A stretch of DNA of 16,440 nt from an uncultured Methanosarcinales archaeon (GCA_964426715.1 CAYRRQ010000013.1:1-16440); one strand, 5' to 3'; shown: positions 1 to 6,125, numbered from the stretch's first letter. Notes: generated by a model not told the origin, from the sequence alone. Translations and numbers: made by a program.

Positions 1-200
1 GCGAAGCAAACCAAGTTCCTATGATTTATTTTTATAATTATAGGGTTTTGGTTTGATGAGTAGGAGATTTTCAACGCAGCCCCTGTTTTTTAATAAAATT
101 TAAATAAGAGTTATAATTAATAAGAATCAAGTATAAGGACTAAGGGGGCGCATGGACATTAAGAAACAATTGTACGCCTTAGACTGAGGAGTGTTTGTCA

Positions 201-806
201 ATGGAAAGAAAAAAAGAAGAAGAAGCTATAGTACTGGACTTTTTGCAACACGGCTACCCGTTTGACAAGAGGCCGATGCATGTGAAGACACCTATTGTGC
301 AGGCTGTGGGGAAAAACAGTTTTACCCTGCTTGAACTGGTGCCCAGGAAAGGAGTGTTCCTCCAGCCCTACGAGGAGGTATACATAGGTGAAGGGAAAAG
401 AGAAAAAATCCATCATATCAACGGCAAAATACCTGTTAAGAAGCTTACAGAAACTGCAAAAGCAGAGCTAAAGCACGTAGTAGAAGAGGTTGTGAACAGG
501 GATGAGCAGAGGTTTATAGATTTCTTTAACAAGGCCCAGCCTGTGAGCACCAGAATGCATGTATTAGAGCTTCTTCCAGGCGTGGGCAAAAAGCACATGA
601 TAGAAATAATCAATGAGCGCAGAGCAGAGCCTTTCAAAGATTTTGAAGATATGAAAAAGCGGGTGAAACTCATGCCTGACCCACGCACAACAATTGTTAA
701 AAGAATACTCTCTGAGCTTGAAGCCAAGGAAAAGCATTACTTGTTTACAGAGCGGCCCAGTACTTCAAATACTGAATCGCACAAGGATAATCACCCTAGA
801 AGATAA
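201..806 (+). CDS. DUF655/COG1491-type archaeal nucleic-acid-binding protein (OB-fold plus helix-hairpin-helix)
   Basis: ORF 195..806. The family-typical motifs are VLDFLQHGYP, PIVQAVGKNSFTLLELVP, FIDFFNKAQPVSTRMHVLELLPGVGKK and PFKDFEDMKKRV. The track start at 195 is TTG. ATG at 201 lies about 10 nt after GGAG (187-190) and is preferred. Confidence 0.8.
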   Translation: MERKKEEEAIVLDFLQHGYPFDKRPMHVKTPIVQAVGKNSFTLLELVPRKGVFLQPYEEVYIGEGKREKIHHINGKIPVKKLTETAKAELKHVVEEVVNRDEQRFIDFFNKAQPVSTRMHVLELLPGVGKKHMIEIINERRAEPFKDFEDMKKRVKLMPDPRTTIVKRILSELEAKEKHYLFTERPSTSNTESHKDNHPRR

Positions 807-823
807 TTTCTGAGCTCAGCTAA

Positions 824-840
824 TTCAAAAGGTTTTTGAA
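824..840. terminator. Candidate bidirectional terminator hairpin between convergent genes
   Basis: Perfect 7-bp inverted repeat TTCAAAA-GGT-TTTTGAA, with a T5 run on + and an A-run on -. It sits between the DUF655 stop (806) and the rpl15e stop (876). Confidence 0.3.
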
Positions 841-875
841 TCCTGAATCTATACTATTCTCTGTCCTATTTAGAG

Positions 876-1415
876 CTATCTGAGTTTTTCAGCACCGCGG
901 CCCTTATTCCTAAGGCCTCTAGTTTTTTTACCAGCGCTTGTCAAGCCCCTCGCAGCCCTGCCTTTCTTGCGTGCGATTCTGCTGAGACCAGCATTCTTCT
1001 TGATATTGGGGTGGTCCCGGTCGATTAGTATGACTTCATACCAGTAATGCCTGCCGTCAGCACCCACAAAGTAGGAGTTAAGAACCTCACAGTTGGAATA
1101 AGCAGCAACTGCTTTCTCCTCTGCAATCCACTGATAGTTCTTTTTCACAATCTTGGTTCTCCTTGAACGTTTCGGCCTTCTGCCGCCAGCAGGCTTAGCT
1201 CTCATCCTTCCTCCGCGGTTGACTCGCTGCCTCACAACCAAGAATCCCTGCTTGGCTTTGTAACCCAGGCTTCTGGCCCGGTCAATCCTGGTAGGCTTGT
1301 TAATCCTGATACTGGCAGGTTGCTTTCTCCAAAGAATAAGCCTTTTCTTCTGAACAGCACCAAGACTCTTATTGGGCTTCTTCCAGAGCTCTCTTACATA
1401 TTTATACATTCCCAT
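876..1415 (-). CDS. rpl15e: 50S ribosomal protein L15e
   Basis: [15 protein letters not shown]-terminus, basic RRPKRSRR tracts and the YWYEVILID motif are typical of L15e. GGAGG lies about 9 nt upstream of the ATG on the minus strand. Confidence 0.93.
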   Translation of the reverse strand: MGMYKYVRELWKKPNKSLGAVQKKRLILWRKQPASIRINKPTRIDRARSLGYKAKQGFLVVRQRVNRGGRMRAKPAGGRRPKRSRRTKIVKKNYQWIAEEKAVAAYSNCEVLNSYFVGADGRHYWYEVILIDRDHPNIKKNAGLSRIARKKGRAARGLTSAGKKTRGLRNKGRGAEKLR

Positions 1416-1598
1416 ATTATTCAGCCTCCATTATATTTAATGTATATTTTCTCAGATTCAGGCAAGCCACGCCCACATCTCTGAATAGTTTGAAGAGAAA
1501 AAACCCGTGTTTATAAAGGTTTTGGGGTCTTAGGCGCAGATTCTCTTGCTTTTTTTCCAAAAATTATTTAAAATCCTAAATCCTAGTAAAGGAGCCGG

Positions 1599-1910
1599 GT
1601 GGTTTTATTGCTTGAGCTAGGAGGGAACATAACCCTTGTCGGCTTTAAGGAATTAGAGAAAGCTGAACTCGTAGTGGTAAAGAAGATAGTGGGACGGTAT
1701 GCCCGGAAGATGAGCGACACGTTGCTAGGGTTTAAAAGCCTGAGAGTAAGCCTGAAGCCTGTTCATAAGACAGAAGCAGGAGAAAAGTATGAGATACATG
1801 CCAAGGCCATGGTTGAGGGCAGGCCAGTGAATGCAGACACGACTGAGAGGAACTTGTTCGTGGGGCTGGACTCTGTGCTTAAGAACATTCTGCAAATCGT
1901 CGGCAAATAA
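1599..1910 (+). CDS. Small conserved-looking protein with HPF/RaiA (S30AE) beta-alpha-beta-beta-beta-alpha sequence pattern; candidate ribosome-associated factor
   Basis: 103-aa ORF with GGAG at 1591-1594. The start is GTG 1599 or in-frame TTG 1608. NITLVGFKELEKAELVVVKKIVGRYARKM resembles the HPF N-terminus (xIxIxGrxxELTxALrxYVxxKlxKL). YEIHAKAMVEGRPVNADTTERNLFVGLDSVLKNILQIV resembles HPF (xEIhAsAegxDMYAAIDxLxDKLxRQL). The functional call is by-eye only. Confidence 0.55.
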   Translation: MVLLLELGGNITLVGFKELEKAELVVVKKIVGRYARKMSDTLLGFKSLRVSLKPVHKTEAGEKYEIHAKAMVEGRPVNADTTERNLFVGLDSVLKNILQIVGK

Positions 1911-2023
1911 AAACTCAGGGAAACAATAACTTATGTTTCAAGAAACGCGGTGTATGAACAAAACCGTAATTATTAACAGAAGTTTAATACGAGTTTAATA
2001 GGAATCTGGATTATTCCTTCTGA

Positions 2024-2605
2024 TTATTTTTGATTCTCCTCTTTTTTTCCAGAAATCTTTTCTTGCTTTTCTTTTTTTTCTTTATATTCATCACTTGGGT
2101 TTTTGTCACTGGATTTTTCCTGGGTTTTCTCTTGTTTTTTTGCTGCTTCCTCTTTTTGGGGCTGTGTCTTTTCTTCCTCTTTCTTCTCCTCTTTTTTCTC
2201 TTCTTCTTTCTTACCAGGTTTTTTTTCAGGAGCTGCTTCCTGGTTTGCGCCGAGTTTGGTTGCGAGTTTGTCCTTCATGGTTTCAGGTTCTTTCTTCTTG
2301 GGCTGAGCCTTGACAGCGCCTTTGAATTCAAAGCCATAAAGCTCTGCTTTTACAACATCATCTTCTTTCACAGCATTAACCCTGATGTGATGGGGTGGGT
2401 TTTTTATTCCGTACCTCCACAAGTATTCGTTAAGATGAAATCCCAGCTTGATATTCTCTGCCTTCATATGCTTTTTTAAGAATACTCTTACTCCCCTGAC
2501 AGCTCTGGGCGTCCTCTTGGATACTGCTGCGTTTACAAAGCACTTCCTGAGAGGAATAGTATAAGTTCTTTCAAGTTTTTGTTTTGAATCTTTTTTTTTA
2601 GCCAT
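2024..2605 (-). CDS. rpl31e: 50S ribosomal protein L31e with roughly 100-aa K/E-rich C-terminal extension
   Basis: The N-terminal roughly 90 aa match L31e (YTIPLRK, KRTPRAVRGVRVFLKKHMK, LNEYLWRYGIKNPPHHIRV). The remainder is a low-complexity KKEEEKKEEKKEEEK tail. Confidence 0.9.
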   Translation of the reverse strand: MAKKKDSKQKLERTYTIPLRKCFVNAAVSKRTPRAVRGVRVFLKKHMKAENIKLGFHLNEYLWRYGIKNPPHHIRVNAVKEDDVVKAELYGFEFKGAVKAQPKKKEPETMKDKLATKLGANQEAAPEKKPGKKEEEKKEEKKEEEKTQPQKEEAAKKQEKTQEKSSDKNPSDEYKEKKEKQEKISGKKEENQK

Positions 2606-2628
2606 TTTGCATTCCTGCTGAGTCCTGC

Positions 2629-2802
2629 TCAGGACTTGGTCTTAGTTCTCCTCCAGTTCCTCTTAATAACAGTGTGTCTGCCAGGATGTATCCTTCTGTT
2701 CTTGCCGTAAATCTTTGGGACTGTCCAGAATGGAGCCCATTTGGTTTGCTCCCCTTTTTTTATAAGCCTTTTCTTCTTGGCTCTGGGCTTGTACCTTGAC
2801 AT
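2629..2802 (-). CDS. rpl39e: 50S ribosomal protein L39e (57 aa; absent from the supplied ORF track)
   Basis: Hand translation of the minus strand gives MSRYKPRAKKKRLIKKGEQTKWAPFWTVPKIYGKNRRIHPGRHTVIKRNWRRTKTKS*. The basic L39e signatures KKKRL, PxW and HPxRHxxxRNWRRTK are present. The ATG (2800-2802) lies 1 nt after the rps19e stop, and the canonical archaeal rpl39e-rpl31e order is kept. Confidence 0.88.
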   Translation of the reverse strand: MSRYKPRAKKKRLIKKGEQTKWAPFWTVPKIYGKNRRIHPGRHTVIKRNWRRTKTKS

Positions 2803-2803
2803 C

Positions 2804-3247
2804 TTAATCCTTCCTCTCCTGAGGCGTGCTCTTGGCTCCCTCTAATTTCTTGGCAGTGTGCGCGATTAACGAGCTTGCTTTAGGTGTTATAATCCTTCCT
2901 TTGTGGCCTGCCCTGGCTTCCTGCTTTAACAGGCCTGCTCTTTCCAACTGCTGGAAAACCTTTCTGATAATATTTCCTGAGCCCTTGTAGAACCTGTCAG
3001 GCTTAACACCCCTGTTTTTGGTGCCTCCGTAATGCGTTCTGAGCTTGGAAATCCCTATAGGGCCTAGTTTCTCTACTTTTAACAATATGCTGGCTCCCCT
3101 AGTATACCACCAGTCCGGGTCTGCAGGAGGTCTCTCCTTGTGCATTCCTGTCTTTACAAAACCAGCCCATTCAGGTTTTTCCAGCACAGACCTGAGTTCC
3201 TGTGCTAATCCTTGAATCAAATCCTGTTTTGAAACGCTCATATTCAT
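2804..3247 (-). CDS. rps19e: 30S ribosomal protein S19e
   Basis: EWAGFVKTGMHKERPP, DWWYTRGASILLKV, YGGTKNRGVKP, GSGNIIRKVFQQLERAGL are all S19e hallmarks. Confidence 0.93.
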   Translation of the reverse strand: MNMSVSKQDLIQGLAQELRSVLEKPEWAGFVKTGMHKERPPADPDWWYTRGASILLKVEKLGPIGISKLRTHYGGTKNRGVKPDRFYKGSGNIIRKVFQQLERAGLLKQEARAGHKGRIITPKASSLIAHTAKKLEGAKSTPQERKD

Positions 3248-3366
3248 CCTCTTATATCTTATGTATTGTCTTGTGTTTTATTATTGTTATGCATATGCTT
3301 ATTATACTTTTAAGTATGATATTTGCTTACAGAACCTCTAAACCAGGTCTTAGGATAAGGTTTTGG

Positions 3367-3374
3367 TTTATAAA
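3367..3374 (+). promoter_or_regulatory. TATA-box-like element (TTTATAAA) upstream of the candidate structured RNA
   Basis: Match to the archaeal TATA consensus. The predicted start would fall near 3398, just before the long-range helix at 3405. The region is AT-rich, so a chance match is possible. Confidence 0.3.
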
Positions 3375-3397
3375 ACTTACTGTTTTTTTGCTGCGTG

Positions 3398-3782
3398 TTG
3401 TTGATTTGCGCTTAGAGTCCTACTCCACTTTGCTCACTAGACCCCTGTTCGCAAAGCCCGTCAAACTTTACAAAAGTTTCAAGCGAAACAAAGTTTTGTT
3501 GTGCTCAGAAAAGTTTTTACTTTTCTGGCACTTAAAATTTTCAATTTTGTTGTGCCAAAAATCAAAGATTTTTGTGCAGGTTAAAGTGTACTGCCCTCGC
3601 ATCAGAGATGCTCGGTAGCATGGTTAAATGCGACTAAGCGAGTGTAACGAGCGCAGCTCGCATGCTTTTTATCAAATTTTTAAGCGAAGCATGCAAAAAT
3701 TTGGCGCCGACCGTCATTGTCATTCCGGTCACTGGAGGCGGCGACGTCCTCTAAGCGTAAGCCCCGGACTTATCGAAACCTT
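3398..3782 (+). ncRNA. Structured non-coding RNA, best guess RNase P RNA (boundaries +/- 40 nt; strand tentative)
   Basis: A 13-bp long-range helix pairs 3405-3417 (UUUGCGCUUAGAG) with 3749-3761 (CUCUAAGCGUAAG), including 2 G.U pairs that exist only on +. CAAAGCCCG (3452-3460) resembles CR-I GAAAGUCCG. CCCCGGACUUAUCG (3762-3775) resembles CR-V CCCGGCUUAUCG, and the two can pair as a P4-like helix. The order P2-5', P4-5', P2-3', P4-3' is canonical. Two GGUUAAA motifs (3579, 3622) and GUGUAACGAGCGC (3642-3654) recall the J11/12-J12/13 region. A GC-rich core sits in an AT-rich spacer, and the overlapping ORFs lack SD sites and look non-coding. Confidence 0.5.
3494..3578 (+). repeat. Tandem pair of roughly 51-nt modules: exact 11-mer TTTTGTTGTGC followed by a long AU-rich hairpin
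   Basis: The 11-mer occurs at 3494-3504 and 3545-3555. Hairpin 1 is 3501-3531 (a 9-bp perfect stem CAGAAAAGU/ACUUUUCUG, a UUUU loop, plus GUGC/GCAC). Hairpin 2 is 3553-3578 (an 8-bp perfect stem CAAAAAUC/GAUUUUUG, an AAA loop, plus 3 more bp). Confidence 0.7.
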
Positions 3783-3788
3783 TAAATA
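3781..3788 (+). promoter_or_regulatory. TATA-box-like element (TTTAAATA) upstream of the pilin-like operon
   Basis: Lies 75 nt upstream of ATG 3863, with SD GAGGTG at 3851-3856 in between. Confidence 0.3.
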
Positions 3789-3862
3789 CTTATATTCCAA
3801 GAAAAACCTTAGAAGCCTTAGGTAATCATTAAAAAAGTATGGGTTAAAAAGAGGTGTTCATA

Positions 3863-4366
3863 ATGAACAAGAAAGCTTCAATGCAGCTTGGAATTAATGC
3901 AATCGTGATTTTAATTATAGCCTTAGCTATTCTCGGCCTGGCAATGACATTTATAACCAGCCTTTTTAAGGGCGGCCAGATCAAGCTGGGCTCTATTATT
4001 GAAAGGACAGACCTTCCGGTGCACGCAGACCCGACTAATCCTATTATGTTTGATAATAGTCAAATCACTATAAAACAAGGCGGTACAGGAAAAGTAGTGA
4101 TGAGTGTTTATAACAGCAACTTTGGAAACCAGGAAGAAGTAGCGCTTGAGATGACTAACTGTGTTTCTTCAGATCCTGATGCTACAGGAAGCATAGATAT
4201 TGGTTTATCATCTCCTGCCCAGAAGATTCCTATGGGAATGGATGCTGGCTACATGGCTATCATAAGAGTTGGTGACGTTCCCAAGGGCAGTTATATATGC
4301 GTGGTAGAGGCTGCTAATGATGAGGCTACGGTCTCCCAGCAATTGTTTATAGATGTGGTGGTGTGA
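3863..4366 (+). CDS. Type IV pilin-like (class III signal peptide) surface protein with beta-rich globular domain
   Basis: GAGGTG lies 6 nt upstream of ATG 3863 (the track start 3854 is GTG). The N-terminus MNKKASMQLGINAIVILIIALAILGLAMTF has a basic n-region, K-A-S, then a roughly 22-aa hydrophobic helix. The N-terminal motif is shared with the 5529 gene. Confidence 0.7.
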   Translation: MNKKASMQLGINAIVILIIALAILGLAMTFITSLFKGGQIKLGSIIERTDLPVHADPTNPIMFDNSQITIKQGGTGKVVMSVYNSNFGNQEEVALEMTNCVSSDPDATGSIDIGLSSPAQKIPMGMDAGYMAIIRVGDVPKGSYICVVEAANDEATVSQQLFIDVVV

Positions 4367-4378
4367 GGTGAGTTTAAG

Positions 4379-4618
4379 ATGGCGAAAAAAAGGATGAAGA
4401 GGCATATGACTCATGAGGAAGAATTTGAGATTATGAAATTGGTTTTGGACAAGTTCTTGTGGCTGGGAGTGATTTTTCTGGCATTCGGCTTTTACAAGCT
4501 CATAACCATGAACGACAGCTTTCTTCACGGCGTCAGCGTGTTAATAGCAGGGATTGTAATCCTTGTAATCTTCATGCTAATCCTAGTGAAGGAATATAAT
4601 TTTTTAGAACGCAAATAA
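4379..4618 (+). CDS. Small membrane protein, two predicted TM helices, unknown function
   Basis: SD GAGGTGAG overlaps the upstream stop, with the ATG 12 nt after it. The N-terminus is basic, and the two hydrophobic spans are FLWLGVIFLAFGFYKLI and VSVLIAGIVILVIFMLILV. Confidence 0.6.
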   Translation: MAKKRMKRHMTHEEEFEIMKLVLDKFLWLGVIFLAFGFYKLITMNDSFLHGVSVLIAGIVILVIFMLILVKEYNFLERK

Positions 4619-4672
4619 GGAACTTAAGTAAAAAAATATAAGAATAAAGAATAAGGGGATACAGGGAATAAG

Positions 4673-5458
4673 ATGAGATTCAGCAACTTATTAGTAATAT
4701 TAATAATAATTATTCTCTTATTCGGCCTTCTTGCTGTTTCTGGATGCAGTGAAAAAGCTGAGTGCGAGAAGAGTAGCGAGTGCGCGACCAGTAATCCCTG
4801 TGTTATAGGCAGATGTGTTGATGGGCAGTGCGTGAATACTATAAAGGATAATTGTTGCGGCAATGCAAGGTGCGAGAAAGATGCTGGCGAGAATAAGTGC
4901 ACGTGTAGTGATGACTGCGGAGAGTGCGCAGGAAAAGCAAGGTTCAATATCAGTACTTACCGGGGTCAGGAAGAGCAGGAGTCTGAGTACGCGGTGTATA
5001 TGTGTAGGAATGACGAGTGTATTCTTGGTGTGCCAGAATCAGATGTTAATCTTTTAAGGCTGACAAGTGATGTGGAGGAGAGAAATGCTTTTAAGATAGA
5101 AATCCTGGCCAGCCTGAACAACCCGTTTGACCTCAGCAGCGATGAGCTCAGCCTGAGGCTTCAGTTAAAGGACATGGATCCTGACGTGGTTGGAGCAATT
5201 ACTATCACAAGCCTCCAGGTACTCAGCGACGACGAGTTAATGGGGGAGCAGTTAATGAAGAGAGCGTTGGATAAAGTGGGTGATATGTTCACTCAGGACA
5301 TGAACCTGAGCAGCGCGCAGAGCGCATTAGAAAAAGAGAGAAAGATAGAGGTAAAGCTTGATTACGAGTACGTCATAGATTACAGGGGTGAGCAAACTGT
5401 TGAAAGGGACTCTGCGACCAGGGGTTTATCTGAGGAGATTATGTTTGTAAAGCCCTGA
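4673..5458 (+). CDS. Predicted lipoprotein (lipobox VSGC) with Cys-rich N-terminal module
   Basis: The signal peptide is MRFSNLLVILIIIILLFGLLAVSG|C. There are 15 Cys in residues 25-115 (CxxxxxCxxxxxCxxxxxxCxxxxCxxxxC pattern, CVDGQC, CC, CTCSDDCGEC). The C-terminal half is acidic and has no obvious family. Confidence 0.7.
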   Translation: MRFSNLLVILIIIILLFGLLAVSGCSEKAECEKSSECATSNPCVIGRCVDGQCVNTIKDNCCGNARCEKDAGENKCTCSDDCGECAGKARFNISTYRGQEEQESEYAVYMCRNDECILGVPESDVNLLRLTSDVEERNAFKIEILASLNNPFDLSSDELSLRLQLKDMDPDVVGAITITSLQVLSDDELMGEQLMKRALDKVGDMFTQDMNLSSAQSALEKERKIEVKLDYEYVIDYRGEQTVERDSATRGLSEEIMFVKP

Positions 5459-5528
5459 AGTAAAGACCTGAGTACGAATAGGTTTACAAAGAGATTTATA
5501 AAGAGGTTTTAAAAAGAGGTTCTTTGTG

Positions 5529-6050
5529 ATGAGAAAAGCAAGTTTTCAACTCAGTGTTAATTTTCTGGTAGTCATGATTATTTGTATCGCGCTCCTGGGC
5601 ATAGGCATTTATCTTGTCAGAACCTTTTCAGATACTGCTGTTGAGATGAAAGAGGAGGTGGATAATTATCATAAGGAGCAGTTAATAAGGGCTCTTAGCC
5701 AGGGCGCGTTAGTATCTGTTTTTCCCCAAAGCCAGACTGTGCGGCGCGGGGATAACGCTGATTTTTATCTTGCTATGAGCAATGAGCTCGGACAAGAAGA
5801 AGATTTTTATATCTCAATCATAAGTGAGGATTCGGGTCTTACAGGCATCCCTCTTGAACCCTTGTTCATGAGAGGTCCTTATCTTGTTGAGAATAATGAG
5901 CAAAGGTTTGTTCCTTTGAAGATTATTTCAGACACAGGCTCAAGCCATGGCAGCTACTTATTTAATCTCAGGGTGTGTTATGGTAATGAATGCAGCAATA
6001 ATGGCGAGCCTTATGGTAGCCTGCAGAAAATACAGGTTAATGTAAAATAA
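5529..6050 (+). CDS. Type IV pilin-like (class III signal peptide) surface protein, paralogous N-terminus to 3863 gene
   Basis: AGAGGT lies 10 nt upstream of ATG 5529 (the track start 5526 is GTG). The N-terminus is MRKASFQLSVNFLVVMIICIALLGIGIYLV. The beta-rich body carries a QTVRRGDNADFYLAMSN segment comparable to ITIKQGGTGKVVMSVYN in the first paralog. Confidence 0.7.
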   Translation: MRKASFQLSVNFLVVMIICIALLGIGIYLVRTFSDTAVEMKEEVDNYHKEQLIRALSQGALVSVFPQSQTVRRGDNADFYLAMSNELGQEEDFYISIISEDSGLTGIPLEPLFMRGPYLVENNEQRFVPLKIISDTGSSHGSYLFNLRVCYGNECSNNGEPYGSLQKIQVNVK

Positions 6051-6058
6051 TTGTAGTG

Positions 6059-6125
6059 AAGTAAGGAGTAAAGAGGCAAAAGGTAAAAAAGCAGAGGGTA
6101 AGAGACAAAGGGTAAAAGAGCGAAA
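6059..6125 (+). repeat. Degenerate 14-16-nt tandem repeat (RGGTAARAGR...) in an approximately 85% purine spacer
   Basis: The units are 6067-6080 agtaaagaggcaaa, 6081-6095 aggtaaaaaagcaga, 6096-6109 gggtaagagacaaa and 6110-6125 gggtaaaagagcgaaa. GTA recurs at 6061, 6068, 6083, 6098 and 6112. Confidence 0.5.

Noticed and set aside
2030-2479. Three + strand ORFs (149, 72, 67 aa) rich in F/L/S
   Set aside because: They are antisense shadows of the K/E-rich (purine-rich codon) tail of rpl31e. Their poly-Phe/Leu composition is not protein-like.
3390-3785. Minus-strand reading of the structured RNA as RNase P RNA (AUAAGUCCGGGGC at 3775-3763 looks like CR-I; CGGGCUUUG at 3460-3452 looks like CR-V)
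   Set aside because: On the minus strand, CR-I would sit at the extreme 5' end with no room for P1-P3. The helix order would be P4-5', X-5', P4-3', X-3', not the canonical P2/P4 order. The G.U pairs of the long helices would become C.A mismatches. This reading is kept as a live alternative, because a P4 helix looks P4-like in reverse complement.
3390-3785. SRP (7S) RNA as the identity of the structured RNA
   Set aside because: I could not find the helix 8 signature (a GNAR tetraloop closed by C-G and flanked by AGCA/GGU-type loops) on either strand. CCGGAAUG on the minus strand lacks the closing pair. The UGUAAC at 3643-3648 alone is insufficient.
3202-3825. Track ORFs 3202..3618 (138 aa) and 3628..3825 (65 aa) on the + strand
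   Set aside because: There is no SD or sensible start context. The translations have an odd composition (Cys/Phe/Leu/Arg-rich, no domain pattern). They run straight through hairpins and the long-range helices of the candidate structured RNA. They are better explained as non-coding.
4208-4947. Minus-strand ORFs 4208..4528 and 4624..4947, and + ORF 4863..5057
   Set aside because: They overlap SD-led + strand genes that have clear signal-peptide or TM features. They have no start signals and a His/Leu/Ser-rich shadow composition.
6059-6125. Possible CRISPR-like or minisatellite array
   Set aside because: The units are only 14-16 nt, degenerate and contiguous with no spacers. This is not a CRISPR architecture. 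It is retained only as a degenerate tandem repeat.
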